From assembly GCA_016866495.1 (NCBI GenBank), contig VGMG01000003.1, forward strand, positions 75,330-139,329: a DNA stretch of 64,000 bases, written 5' to 3'. Position numbers and translations under genes: made by a program. Positions 8,713-17,477 of the stretch are shown piece by piece (the first letter of the stretch is position 1; every line of letters begins with the position of its first letter). This stretch comes from Chlamydiota bacterium. Its GTDB lineage: Bacteria > Chlamydiota > Chlamydiia > Chlamydiales > RGXB01. The notes beneath the pieces are model-generated. The model was not told the origin of the DNA, did no database searches, and saw only the letters and a list, made by a program, of their open reading frames with translations.

Positions 8713-10011
8713 TCAGAGTAAAACCCAATGGATATCCACAACTTCTTTTTTGATTCCCACTTCCTCTTTCTCAAAGCAGTCCGAAAGCATTCTCCACCCT
8801 AGATCCAGCGCCTCCTCAAGAGGAATATTCACATCCAAGCTCATGAATTTAGAGCGGAATAGTTGCTGATACTTCAAAAGTTTATTGTCCCAACTAGAGA
8901 GCTTAAATCCCATTCTATCACGCTCTTTTGCTTTTAATGCATCAGCATAAAGGCGAATCATCGCATTAGCCAGATGCCCGTGGTCAGTGCGCGTAGTTTT
9001 GCCAATCACAAGCTGCTTCAAACGAGACAAAGATCCAAAAGGCTCAATACAATCGACATTGAGATAGAATTGCCCTTCGGTAATGTAACCTGTTAAATCC
9101 GGAATGGGGTGAGTAACATCGTTTGCAGGCAAGGTTGTCGAAGCAAGTATAGTCACCGCACCATTCCCTTCAATCTCGACAGCTTTTTCATACCGCATCG
9201 CAAGCTGGGTATAAAGATCCGAAGAATATCCCCGATTTGCAGGGACGAAATCCAAAGAAATCGCTATCTCTTTTAAAGCGTCAGCAAAAGCAACCATATC
9301 GGTTAAAAGAACAAGAACATTCTTACCCTTCAAAGCAAAATATTCTGCAGCTGCTAAAGCCAGATCGGGCACCATGACAGCCTCGTTTACGGGATCTGTC
9401 GCTAGGTGGGCATAAAAAATTGTTCTATTTAATGAGCCGCTTGTACGGGCATTTTGAATGAATTTTTCATACTGGGTCTGGGTAAGCCCCATACCCCCTA
9501 TTATTACTACATCGGCATCTGTTTGGTTTGCAATACGGCACAAAACTTCAACAGGCTTGGATCCAGGACTACAAAAAAGAGGGATCTTTTGTCCGCGTAC
9601 AAACGTATTGAACATATCAATCATGGGCAAATTTGTCCGAATCATCAGGCTCGGCATGCGGCGCTTCATGGGATTAAAACTTGGACGTCCCACCTCAATC
9701 CGATCTTGGGTGGCATCTACCCCCATCTTAAGCTTTCCGCTACCACTAAAGACAGATCCCAGACAGTCTTCACTAATCCCCAAACGGAAGGTGTTTCTTA
9801 AAAAAACTACCTCGTCATTCACACTGATGCCCCTTGTGGAATCGAACACCTGCAGTGTAACTCTGTCTGAATCGATGCGAATCACTGAGGCCAAAGAACG
9901 GGTGGTATCTCGACGAATCACCTCAGCTAGTTCCCCCATGGCGGGTCCTACCGCTTGTAATGTGATAAGATTTCCGCGGATGTTTTCTATTCGAGTCTTC
10001 TTTACTTGCAT
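8713..10011 (-). CDS. atpB: V-type ATP synthase subunit B
   Basis: GQKIPLF, VLVLLTDM, THPIPDLTGYITEGQ and SLSRLK motifs. Confidence 0.95.
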   Translation of the reverse strand: MQVKKTRIENIRGNLITLQAVGPAMGELAEVIRRDTTRSLASVIRIDSDRVTLQVFDSTRGISVNDEVVFLRNTFRLGISEDCLGSVFSGSGKLKMGVDATQDRIEVGRPSFNPMKRRMPSLMIRTNLPMIDMFNTFVRGQKIPLFCSPGSKPVEVLCRIANQTDADVVIIGGMGLTQTQYEKFIQNARTSGSLNRTIFYAHLATDPVNEAVMVPDLALAAAEYFALKGKNVLVLLTDMVAFADALKEIAISLDFVPANRGYSSDLYTQLAMRYEKAVEIEGNGAVTILASTTLPANDVTHPIPDLTGYITEGQFYLNVDCIEPFGSLSRLKQLVIGKTTRTDHGHLANAMIRLYADALKAKERDRMGFKLSSWDNKLLKYQQLFRSKFMSLDVNIPLEEALDLGWRMLSDCFEKEEVGIKKEVVDIHWVLL

Positions 10012-11786
10012 ACGTCTAACATCTCTTCAATTCTTTTTTCGATCCTTGCCTTATTCTCTAGATAAGAATCGGATCGAAAAGCGGTGTAGTTGAGGTTTTT
10101 TAGGTCATTTTGCAAACCCATAAAGGATTTTCTGGCAGAGTCGTGGTTTTTGAAAAGGAAAGGAGAGGCAAAAATTTCATCAAAAATTTTCATTATCTCA
10201 ATTTGGCGTTCAAGCGGACAGTAGACGTCCTCTTGGTCAAAAGCGTTTTGCTGTAGATAGGAGAAATCAAATAGCTCTTTTTTAAGATAAGTGACGTAAT
10301 CGCTCATCTGAATTGCGTCCTCTCCCACTACATCCATTCGCTTTTCAATCTCCAGCCCTTCAAGGAGGATTTTTCTTGCCGTTTCTACCGAATATTTCCA
10401 ATCAGGCGCCTGTTTACTCAAAAAATCGGCAGCTATGTCGACATTCGATGACCAAGAGAGATCTCGCGAAATAGCCGGATATCGCCTTTGATCAGACAGC
10501 CCCCTTGAAAGACAAAGGAAGGTGTCTACAACCATCAAAGTAGCCTGCGTCACAGGCTCATCGAAATTTCCCCCCGCAGGAGAAACAGCTCCAATAATTG
10601 AGATGGATCCGAGCTTATGGTTAGGAGTCTCAATCACTCCCGCTCGTTCATAAAAAGAGTGTATGCGTGAAGTCAAATAAGCTGGAAACGCCTCTTCGCC
10701 CGGAATCTCCTCCAGTCTTGCAGAAACCTCTCGCATCGCTTGAGCCCATCGGGAAGTAGAGTCGGCAAGCAAAAGAACATTCAGTCCCATTTGCCTGTAA
10801 TATTCTGCAATAGTAATTCCCATATAGATTGAGGACTCTCTAGCAGCTACCGGCATCGAGGAGGTATTGCAAATGATCGTTGTCCGATTCATTAAAGGCT
10901 CATGGTACCTGGGATCTAAAAGATGGGGAAATTCTGTGATCACCTCTACCACCTCACCAGCACGCTCTCCGCATGCGACAATGATCACTATGTCCACATT
11001 TGCATACTTAGAAATAAGATGTTGGATGACCGTCTTACCGGCTCCAAAAGGGCCCGGTGAACAGGTAGTGCTCCCCATCACAATAGGAAACATCGTATCG
11101 ATCGCGCGCATACCGGTTTCCAAAAGACGGTCTTTAGATCTCGGGTGCCCGGCAATTAGCCTATTTTTAATAGGCCATTTTTGCAACATGTTGACCGAAA
11201 TCTCCTGGCCATTTTGGTCGAAAAGTTTGGCTATAGGAGTTTCAACAGTGAAGTGCCCTGTTTTCGCAAGCCAAGCGATCGTGTAAACTCCTTGAAGTTT
11301 GAATGGGACCATGATCTTATGTCTTACACGACCCTCAATCACAAAACCAAGTTCCACTCCGCGGGTCACCTGATCACCGATTTTAGCTGTTGGAGTAAAC
11401 TCCCAGTTCCTTTTGCGATCAAGCGTTGGTATTTCAATTCCCCTCTCCATGAAATAGCCCGCTTTTTCGGCGACATCAGCTAAAGGGGAGCCGATTCCAT
11501 CAACAACTAAATTTAAGAGACCGGGCCCGAGTTCTGCTTCAATAAGCTCTCCGGAAAAAGTCACTTTTGAACCCAAACGGATCCCTTTTGTGTCCTCAAA
11601 CATTTGGGCTTTAGCAATACGGGAAGCAATCTCAATGATCTCCCCCTTGATTTCTATCCCCTCAACCTCAACATAAATTTTTTCTCCGCTAATGGCAGGG
11701 CCATCAAAAAGAATACTCACGAGGTTGCCATTTACAGCCTCAACAGTTCCGGTAGCAAGTTGCCAAACGGGCGATTGTGTCATCAT
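10002..11786 (-). CDS. atpA: V-type ATP synthase subunit A
   Basis: P-loop GPFGAGKT, CGERAGE, NTSSMPVAARE and DSTSRWAQA motifs; no intein. Confidence 0.97.
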   Translation of the reverse strand: MMTQSPVWQLATGTVEAVNGNLVSILFDGPAISGEKIYVEVEGIEIKGEIIEIASRIAKAQMFEDTKGIRLGSKVTFSGELIEAELGPGLLNLVVDGIGSPLADVAEKAGYFMERGIEIPTLDRKRNWEFTPTAKIGDQVTRGVELGFVIEGRVRHKIMVPFKLQGVYTIAWLAKTGHFTVETPIAKLFDQNGQEISVNMLQKWPIKNRLIAGHPRSKDRLLETGMRAIDTMFPIVMGSTTCSPGPFGAGKTVIQHLISKYANVDIVIIVACGERAGEVVEVITEFPHLLDPRYHEPLMNRTTIICNTSSMPVAARESSIYMGITIAEYYRQMGLNVLLLADSTSRWAQAMREVSARLEEIPGEEAFPAYLTSRIHSFYERAGVIETPNHKLGSISIIGAVSPAGGNFDEPVTQATLMVVDTFLCLSRGLSDQRRYPAISRDLSWSSNVDIAADFLSKQAPDWKYSVETARKILLEGLEIEKRMDVVGEDAIQMSDYVTYLKKELFDFSYLQQNAFDQEDVYCPLERQIEIMKIFDEIFASPFLFKNHDSARKSFMGLQNDLKNLNYTAFRSDSYLENKARIEKRIEEMLDVCK

Positions 11787-12568
11787 TTGATCTCCTGAAT
11801 CCGTTTGAGGAGGAGGTCCCCCCCTTTTTTTGTTAAAATTTGGTCCTGGCTTTCATAAAAATCGGATAGGACCCAAACCAAGGTATAGTAGGCAAAAATT
11901 GAGTCTAATGTGAATGGAGCTGTTTGTAAATAGGTTTGGCAAAAATTAAATCTCAAGCGAGAGACCATCTCCATCTCTTTTAGCGGATCTTTAAATGCCA
12001 CGTCCAGCTCAAGGTCAATCCCCTCAAGCCCCTCGGGAAATTCAAAATGCTCCGATTCATGTTGCGCAAGCAATAGTGTAGTAAGAGAATCATGAGGATC
12101 TAAAAAATCCAAATCCTCTTTAAGGTCTCTATCTCTTTTTTTCGAAAGATACGCCATAGAGGTAATCCACAGCTTGCGATCATATTCAATAAAATCGTAT
12201 AAAAAATCGGAGGTATTCTCCAAGAGCCAGTCATATACAGCTAATAGAAGCTCCCTGAAATGGTGGATTCTTTCATTGATATCTTTATATTTTTCGAGAT
12301 AATCAAAAACAAAAGGGGGATAGCCTAATTCTTGCTCAAGGCAATAGCTAATTTCGTCCCATTCAATAGACCCACCTAAAGAAAGCCTGTCCGCTGTGAG
12401 ATAGGATCTCAAATTGTAAACATCTATGAGTGTTCGCAACTTACCAAGCTTATTTTTATCCACCGAGGAGAGATTTAGCTTAAAAAGCTCATTCAGCTCT
12501 CTAAGATCCATTTCAGGTTTGATATCAAAACTAGTTGGAGGTAAATAACACTCAAGAAACGTATACAT
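11783..12568 (-). CDS. DUF2764-family V-ATPase-associated protein (subunit C-like)
   Basis: Position between E and A as in chlamydial operons; N-terminal YTFLECYLP. Confidence 0.8.
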   Translation of the reverse strand: MYTFLECYLPPTSFDIKPEMDLRELNELFKLNLSSVDKNKLGKLRTLIDVYNLRSYLTADRLSLGGSIEWDEISYCLEQELGYPPFVFDYLEKYKDINERIHHFRELLLAVYDWLLENTSDFLYDFIEYDRKLWITSMAYLSKKRDRDLKEDLDFLDPHDSLTTLLLAQHESEHFEFPEGLEGIDLELDVAFKDPLKEMEMVSRLRFNFCQTYLQTAPFTLDSIFAYYTLVWVLSDFYESQDQILTKKGGDLLLKRIQEIK

Positions 12569-12573
12569 TCTAC

Positions 12574-13203
12574 CTAACCGCTATAAACAAAGGCCTTTAG
12601 AGAGTCCGAGACAAAACGATCCAGCACCTGCTCAATCTGATTTTCTGTAAGCTCGACAATCATGTTTTTATCTTTGATTTTTAAAATTGCTCCGCCATAA
12701 GAGGAATCGAATTTTAGCTCGCCTAGCTTTTCAAGCTTCTCTTTGACACTATGGGTAAGGTGTTGGACAAGCTCTTTCTCATAGATGCTGTCGGAAACGG
12801 CAATTTCAAATTTTGAGAAAAGTCCCTCTTTTTGAAATGAGTCCAGCACAATATTTACTGTGCGAGCTACTGTGTCAACCTTATGCATCTCTTTAGAAAG
12901 AGCCTCTTTGAGCTCTTTTTTAAAAAGGTGCTGCGTAAGATCATTCTTTAACTGAAGCTTTGCCTGCTTAAGAGCCAGCTCAATTTCGGCCTTAGCGGCT
13001 CTAATCTGATCATGAGCTTTTTTTGTGGCTTGCTGGATGATCGACTCCGCCTTCTCATTTGCCTCAAAAAGAATTTGCTCACTCTCGGCATTTGCCGTAG
13101 CGAGAGTCTCCTCGGCCTCAGTTTTTGAGGGCTCAAGCGCCTCTTCTTTGATTGCCTGGAGGATCCGTTGGATCGTCTCACTTGTATTATTCGCGTATTT
13201 CAT
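12574..13203 (-). CDS. atpE: V-type ATP synthase subunit E
   Basis: IKEEALEPSKTEAE followed by an Ala/Glu coiled coil; ATG at 13203 (MKYANN) after GGGTGA. Confidence 0.88.
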   Translation of the reverse strand: MKYANNTSETIQRILQAIKEEALEPSKTEAEETLATANAESEQILFEANEKAESIIQQATKKAHDQIRAAKAEIELALKQAKLQLKNDLTQHLFKKELKEALSKEMHKVDTVARTVNIVLDSFQKEGLFSKFEIAVSDSIYEKELVQHLTHSVKEKLEKLGELKFDSSYGGAILKIKDKNMIVELTENQIEQVLDRFVSDSLKAFVYSG

Positions 13204-13327
13204 TAGGTCTTCACCCAAGATTTTAGGGTATTGTAACCCTCTAATGATTAAACGACAACCTTTAAGTCCTTTGAAAAAACCTCTATATCTCTTGATTTTT
13301 ATAAGATTCATCGCTTATGGCAAAGAT

Positions 13328-13576
13328 ATGCGTAAGATTTTATTAACTTTTCTGTCAATCGGTATATCTTTGAGCTCATCTTTGGAGGCAACAACACCCC
13401 CGAAGACGAAAAAAAAGGACACTGAGAAAACCAATTACTGGGATTTCGATGACAAAAGTACAGAAGAGCTTAATGTCAGCATGATTGCCTGGGGAGTAGC
13501 TCTGTTTGTAGGAATTGCGCTTGCTGCAGGTCTTTCTAATGGACCCGCACCAACTAAAACCCCGGACCTTCAATAA
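13328..13576 (+). CDS. Small exported or membrane protein (82 aa)
   Basis: MRKILLTFLSIGISLSSSLEA signal peptide, charged linker and C-terminal TM helix; followed by a terminator. The longer 13025 ORF overlaps atpE. Confidence 0.7.
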   Translation: MRKILLTFLSIGISLSSSLEATTPPKTKKKDTEKTNYWDFDDKSTEELNVSMIAWGVALFVGIALAAGLSNGPAPTKTPDLQ

Positions 13577-13589
13577 AGGGTCTTTTTTT
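13564..13589 (+). terminator. Rho-independent terminator
   Basis: GGACCTT-CAATAA-AGGGTCT followed by a T run, overlapping the stop codon. Confidence 0.55.
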
Positions 13590-13671
13590 GCTTGGTTAAA
13601 TTTTTTTAATAAAAATTTTTTTTCTTTATGTAGCTGTTGAACTAAATTCTTTGCTTTGGCTTATTAAGGTT

Positions 13672-14610
13672 ATGAGCACATTAGAAGATCTAAAAAAAGT
13701 TACAATTGTCGTTGCTGATACTGGGCAATTTCATGAATTAAAAAAGTATAGCCCGCAAGATGCAACTACTAACCCTTCTCTAATTTTAGAGGCTATTAAA
13801 GATCCGGCCTACCTCCCCTTGTTACAACAGACAGTAAAAGGGAAAAAAGATGTTTATGATGCCTATATGGATCTTTTTATCGCTTTTGGAGTTGAAATCC
13901 TGAAATTTCTCCCACCAAACGGAAGAGTTTCTATTGAAGTAGACCCTAAGCTTTCCTGGGATAGAGATGCTAGCATCATCTTTGCCCACAAAATTATTGA
14001 GCGCTTTGCTAAAAAAGGGATCGGACCTGAAAAAATTCTCATTAAACTTGCCTCTACATGGGAGGGGGCTCAAGCAGCTAATATTTTAGAGAAAATGGGA
14101 ATTCACTGTAACATGACTCTACTTTTTTCTATGGCTCAAGCGGCAATTTGCGCCGACGCAGGAGTTACCCTAATCTCCCCATTTGTTGGTCGTATCACCG
14201 ATTTTTACAAAAAAGAGAAAGGGGTCACCGATTTTTCAACTAACGAAGATCCAGGTGTACAATCGGTAAAGAAAATTTATAGCTATCTGAAAAAATTTGG
14301 TTATAAAACCCAAGTGATGGGAGCCTCTTTCCGCTCCTCAAAACAGATTTTAGCTCTTGCAGGGAGCGATCTACTGACGATCGCCCCGAAATTTTTGGAG
14401 GAAATGTCTCAAGCTAGCCAAGCGGTCCCAAGACAACTTGATAGGGAAATCGCAAAAAATAGCGATGTGACAAAAATTGAAGTCGATTACCCTAAATTTT
14501 CGTTTCTTCACAACGACGATCACGGGGCTGCATTTTTATTATCAGACGGTATTCGCCGTTTCGCCAAAGATTTGGACACCCTTTTAGGAATTGTTGCAAA
14601 AGAGGTGTAG
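13672..14610 (+). CDS. tal: Transaldolase
   Basis: VVADTG, DATTNPSLIL, LIKLASTWEG (Schiff-base Lys), ISPFVGRI and MGASFR motifs; ATG at 13672. Confidence 0.96.
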   Translation: MSTLEDLKKVTIVVADTGQFHELKKYSPQDATTNPSLILEAIKDPAYLPLLQQTVKGKKDVYDAYMDLFIAFGVEILKFLPPNGRVSIEVDPKLSWDRDASIIFAHKIIERFAKKGIGPEKILIKLASTWEGAQAANILEKMGIHCNMTLLFSMAQAAICADAGVTLISPFVGRITDFYKKEKGVTDFSTNEDPGVQSVKKIYSYLKKFGYKTQVMGASFRSSKQILALAGSDLLTIAPKFLEEMSQASQAVPRQLDREIAKNSDVTKIEVDYPKFSFLHNDDHGAAFLLSDGIRRFAKDLDTLLGIVAKEV

Positions 14611-14612
14611 AT

Positions 14613-14717
14613 TTGCGCTCAAAATGGAATCTTTTTATAGATATTGGGCTTGTTTCTTTGCTTGCTGCATTTATCGTGAATCTAATTTTGCATTTTACCT
14701 CAGTAACTCACCCCTAG
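14613..14717 (+). CDS. Candidate 34-aa single-TM microprotein
   Basis: TTG start 5 nt after GAGGTG, which overlaps the end of tal; MRSKWNLFIDIGLVSLLAAFIVNLILHFTSVTHP*. Confidence 0.4.
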   Translation: MRSKWNLFIDIGLVSLLAAFIVNLILHFTSVTHP

Positions 14718-14828
14718 ATTCACCCCTGAAAACTTTATTATCAGACTAACATTTCGAAACTTTTCGAGATGTTTTTTTTTGATTGAGTCTCTTGATTTTT
14801 TTCAATCCATTTGTTAGTTAATGAAATA

Positions 14829-17456
14829 ATGTTTAGTGCTTTTTTTTTCCTATCTCTTGTTTTAACCCGCCTATTAGGACAAGGTGCATTTTGGAAAACA
14901 ATACTTGGTGCTTTGCAAGATTTTTTTTTCATACAATTTTTTTTAAGTGCTTTCTATATATTTTCACACCCCTACGCCGAAATATTTTTCTCAACGATTT
15001 CCTTTTTTTACTTTGTTCTAATATTTTTGGATCTACAGATCGAAAGGATTTACAAAAGAGGCCTTATTTGGAGCGATTTTCAATGGTTTGAAAAAAGCTT
15101 ATGGTCTTTAAAAAAATCGGTCTTTTACGAATTAGGATTTTTGGGATTCAGCCAGCTCATCTTTATTCTTTTAGTGTGGTGCACTTGTGCATTTAACCTG
15201 AATAAAACCCTTTTAAACCCGTATTTAGGGGGCATTTCATTTTTTTCTTTATTTTTTGAAAAGCATCTTTTTTTGAGATATTACCCCTTCAATCGGGCTA
15301 ATAAACCTGAGAGTTTATTGAGCTTTTTGCCCTCTTTTTTTCATTTTGACCATGAACAGTTCGACCCCATAGATCCTGAAAATCCGTTTTTAAGGAAAAC
15401 ACTTTGCTACCAATCCCCCTCTCTTTTTTCTTTAAAAAAAGAGAAACCCAATGTTGTTGTGCTCCATTTAGAATCTTTAAGTATGAGAGATCTTGATTTT
15501 ACCCCTTTTTTTAAAAAATTGACACATGAGGGAATTTTCTTTGATCAATTCTATTCCAATTTTCCTGTCTCTTCGCCAGCTGCAGTATCTACACTTTTTG
15601 GTATTCCCCCTTTTCAAGAATATTTTAGGTTTCATAGTCTAAACCAGGTTCCTATAATAGGAATGCCACAAATGTTCAAACAATTGGGCTATTTTAATGC
15701 CCATATCACCTCTACTTATACCGAAGCCAAAAAAGAGTATATTGAGGACACAGAGGGTTTTGATTATTACGCTTACCGTGATGACTATATTGAAAAAGCG
15801 AAGGGTGAGTTTATCTCTTCATTTATGGTGGATGATCGCCTAGCTTATCAAGACCTTATGGATCAATTGGATCAAAAGACCTCTGAAAAAAAACCTTTTT
15901 TTTGTTTTTTTTCCAACGGATTCGGCCATCACCCCTGGGAAGTTCCTAAAGAGGATGACCGGAAGGAAAAAGAGAATTTGAAAAAACTTAGACAATCTTT
16001 AAAGGTAGCTGATAACCGGCTAGAGGAGTTTTTTTTAAAAGCTGAACAAAGACCCTGGTTCAAGGATACACTCTTTATCTTATTGGGAGATCATGGTCAA
16101 CCTATGGGAGAGCATGACACTTTTCAAATTCGCACAAGGGTCTATCAAGAAAATGTACATGTTCCATGCGTATTTCTCAAAAAAGGGGAACTTGAGGCAC
16201 AAAAATTCTCCTTTGTGGCCTCACAAATCGATATTTTCCCCACACTAATCGATCTTTTCAGGGAACCGGTAGTCCACCACAGTATTGGTTACCCGCTTTC
16301 TAGGAAAAAGGATCACCGGTTTCAACTTTTGGGAAACCTAGGATATTCAAAAGATATCGCTTTAAGAGAAGGGCCATACAAAATTACTCCTAATGAGATA
16401 TTTAATATTGATGAGGATCCTAAAGAGAAAAGGCCCCTGAGTTTAGAAATGCAAAAACATCTTGAGCCTCTACAAGAGAAATTAGCTCAAGGATTTGCCA
16501 TCATCGATATGATGAACACTTTCAAATTATGGGTTCCTAATAAAGGGGAAAAGCTCTCCTTTTTTGCAATGAAAGACGAGGCAAAATACATAGAGACTTT
16601 GAAGAAATATCCCCAACCAAAAGAGCTCAACTGGATTGGGAATTTAGCAAGCTTTTTCCCCTCTGCCCCTTTATTAAAAAAAATATCGAGCTTAAAAAGC
16701 TTAAAAATAAAAGATGCTCTTTTAGATTCTGACATACTTCTGGCTTTTATCCATAATAACCGGCTAAAAGACCTTGTTTTGGATAACGTCTACGGAATTG
16801 ATTCCTGCCTTGATCAACTAAGTAGTTTGGAAACGCTTGAAACTCTTCATCTGGAGGGTGTCGATATAGATGAAAATAGCCTTTTGGCTTTGATTCAAAA
16901 AAATCCCATAGAGGAGCTTACAGTATATGGAGTTGCAGTCGACCCTGATCGTTTATTTGGTATTCTTCAAACAAAACAACTCAAAAAGCTCTCTTTGGAT
17001 TTAAGAATAGAAAATTCCCATCTAAGTTTGTTGGATAATAGCAAGTTTCTAAGGTCGCTCGTCTTAAAAGATGCACAAAATATTGACCTTTACGGACTAA
17101 ATTTCCTTCAAAATAAACCCATATCCTACTTAAATCTTTTTCAATTAAAAAGCTGGGGAATATCTTACTTTAATTTTCTAAAGAAACTTCCATTGGTCTT
17201 TTTTGGTCTTGAATCAGAGAGTTTTTCAGATCAGGATCTCATGAGCTTTCTAGATTTGTCTCTGGTAGAATTAGAAATATACCACTGCCCAAAAATTTCG
17301 AATCAAGGAATTATAGAATTCACAAAAAAAGCCAATAAACGTTTACGGATCATCTATGGCCATAGAATTTTCTTCGACACTAGATATTATAAATTAAAAT
17401 ATTATAATAAAGAGGGCGATTATGAATTTGCAAAAAAAGAATTTACACCATCCTGA
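14829..17456 (+). CDS. Membrane-anchored sulfatase/LtaS-like (alkaline phosphatase superfamily) protein fused to C-terminal leucine-rich repeats
   Basis: N-terminal TM helices; KPNVVVLHLES, HHPW, GDHG, VHVP and SQIDIFPT motifs; then repeated LxxLxL units ending in LVELEIYHCPKISNQGI. Start is ATG 14829 or TTG 14811. Confidence 0.8.
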   Translation: MFSAFFFLSLVLTRLLGQGAFWKTILGALQDFFFIQFFLSAFYIFSHPYAEIFFSTISFFYFVLIFLDLQIERIYKRGLIWSDFQWFEKSLWSLKKSVFYELGFLGFSQLIFILLVWCTCAFNLNKTLLNPYLGGISFFSLFFEKHLFLRYYPFNRANKPESLLSFLPSFFHFDHEQFDPIDPENPFLRKTLCYQSPSLFSLKKEKPNVVVLHLESLSMRDLDFTPFFKKLTHEGIFFDQFYSNFPVSSPAAVSTLFGIPPFQEYFRFHSLNQVPIIGMPQMFKQLGYFNAHITSTYTEAKKEYIEDTEGFDYYAYRDDYIEKAKGEFISSFMVDDRLAYQDLMDQLDQKTSEKKPFFCFFSNGFGHHPWEVPKEDDRKEKENLKKLRQSLKVADNRLEEFFLKAEQRPWFKDTLFILLGDHGQPMGEHDTFQIRTRVYQENVHVPCVFLKKGELEAQKFSFVASQIDIFPTLIDLFREPVVHHSIGYPLSRKKDHRFQLLGNLGYSKDIALREGPYKITPNEIFNIDEDPKEKRPLSLEMQKHLEPLQEKLAQGFAIIDMMNTFKLWVPNKGEKLSFFAMKDEAKYIETLKKYPQPKELNWIGNLASFFPSAPLLKKISSLKSLKIKDALLDSDILLAFIHNNRLKDLVLDNVYGIDSCLDQLSSLETLETLHLEGVDIDENSLLALIQKNPIEELTVYGVAVDPDRLFGILQTKQLKKLSLDLRIENSHLSLLDNSKFLRSLVLKDAQNIDLYGLNFLQNKPISYLNLFQLKSWGISYFNFLKKLPLVFFGLESESFSDQDLMSFLDLSLVELEIYHCPKISNQGIIEFTKKANKRLRIIYGHRIFFDTRYYKLKYYNKEGDYEFAKKEFTPS

Positions 17457-17477
17457 GTTGAGATAATGAACTCTTTT

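Noticed and set aside
9458-10093. 211-aa plus-strand ORF, and the many similar antisense ORFs over fumC, atp, rpoBC, tuf, pepF and groEL
   Set aside because: Shadow frames of strongly conserved genes with no recognisable motifs
13025-13327. N-terminal extensions of the 13025(+) and 13311(-) ORFs
   Set aside because: They overlap each other and atpE; the better starts are 13328 and 13203
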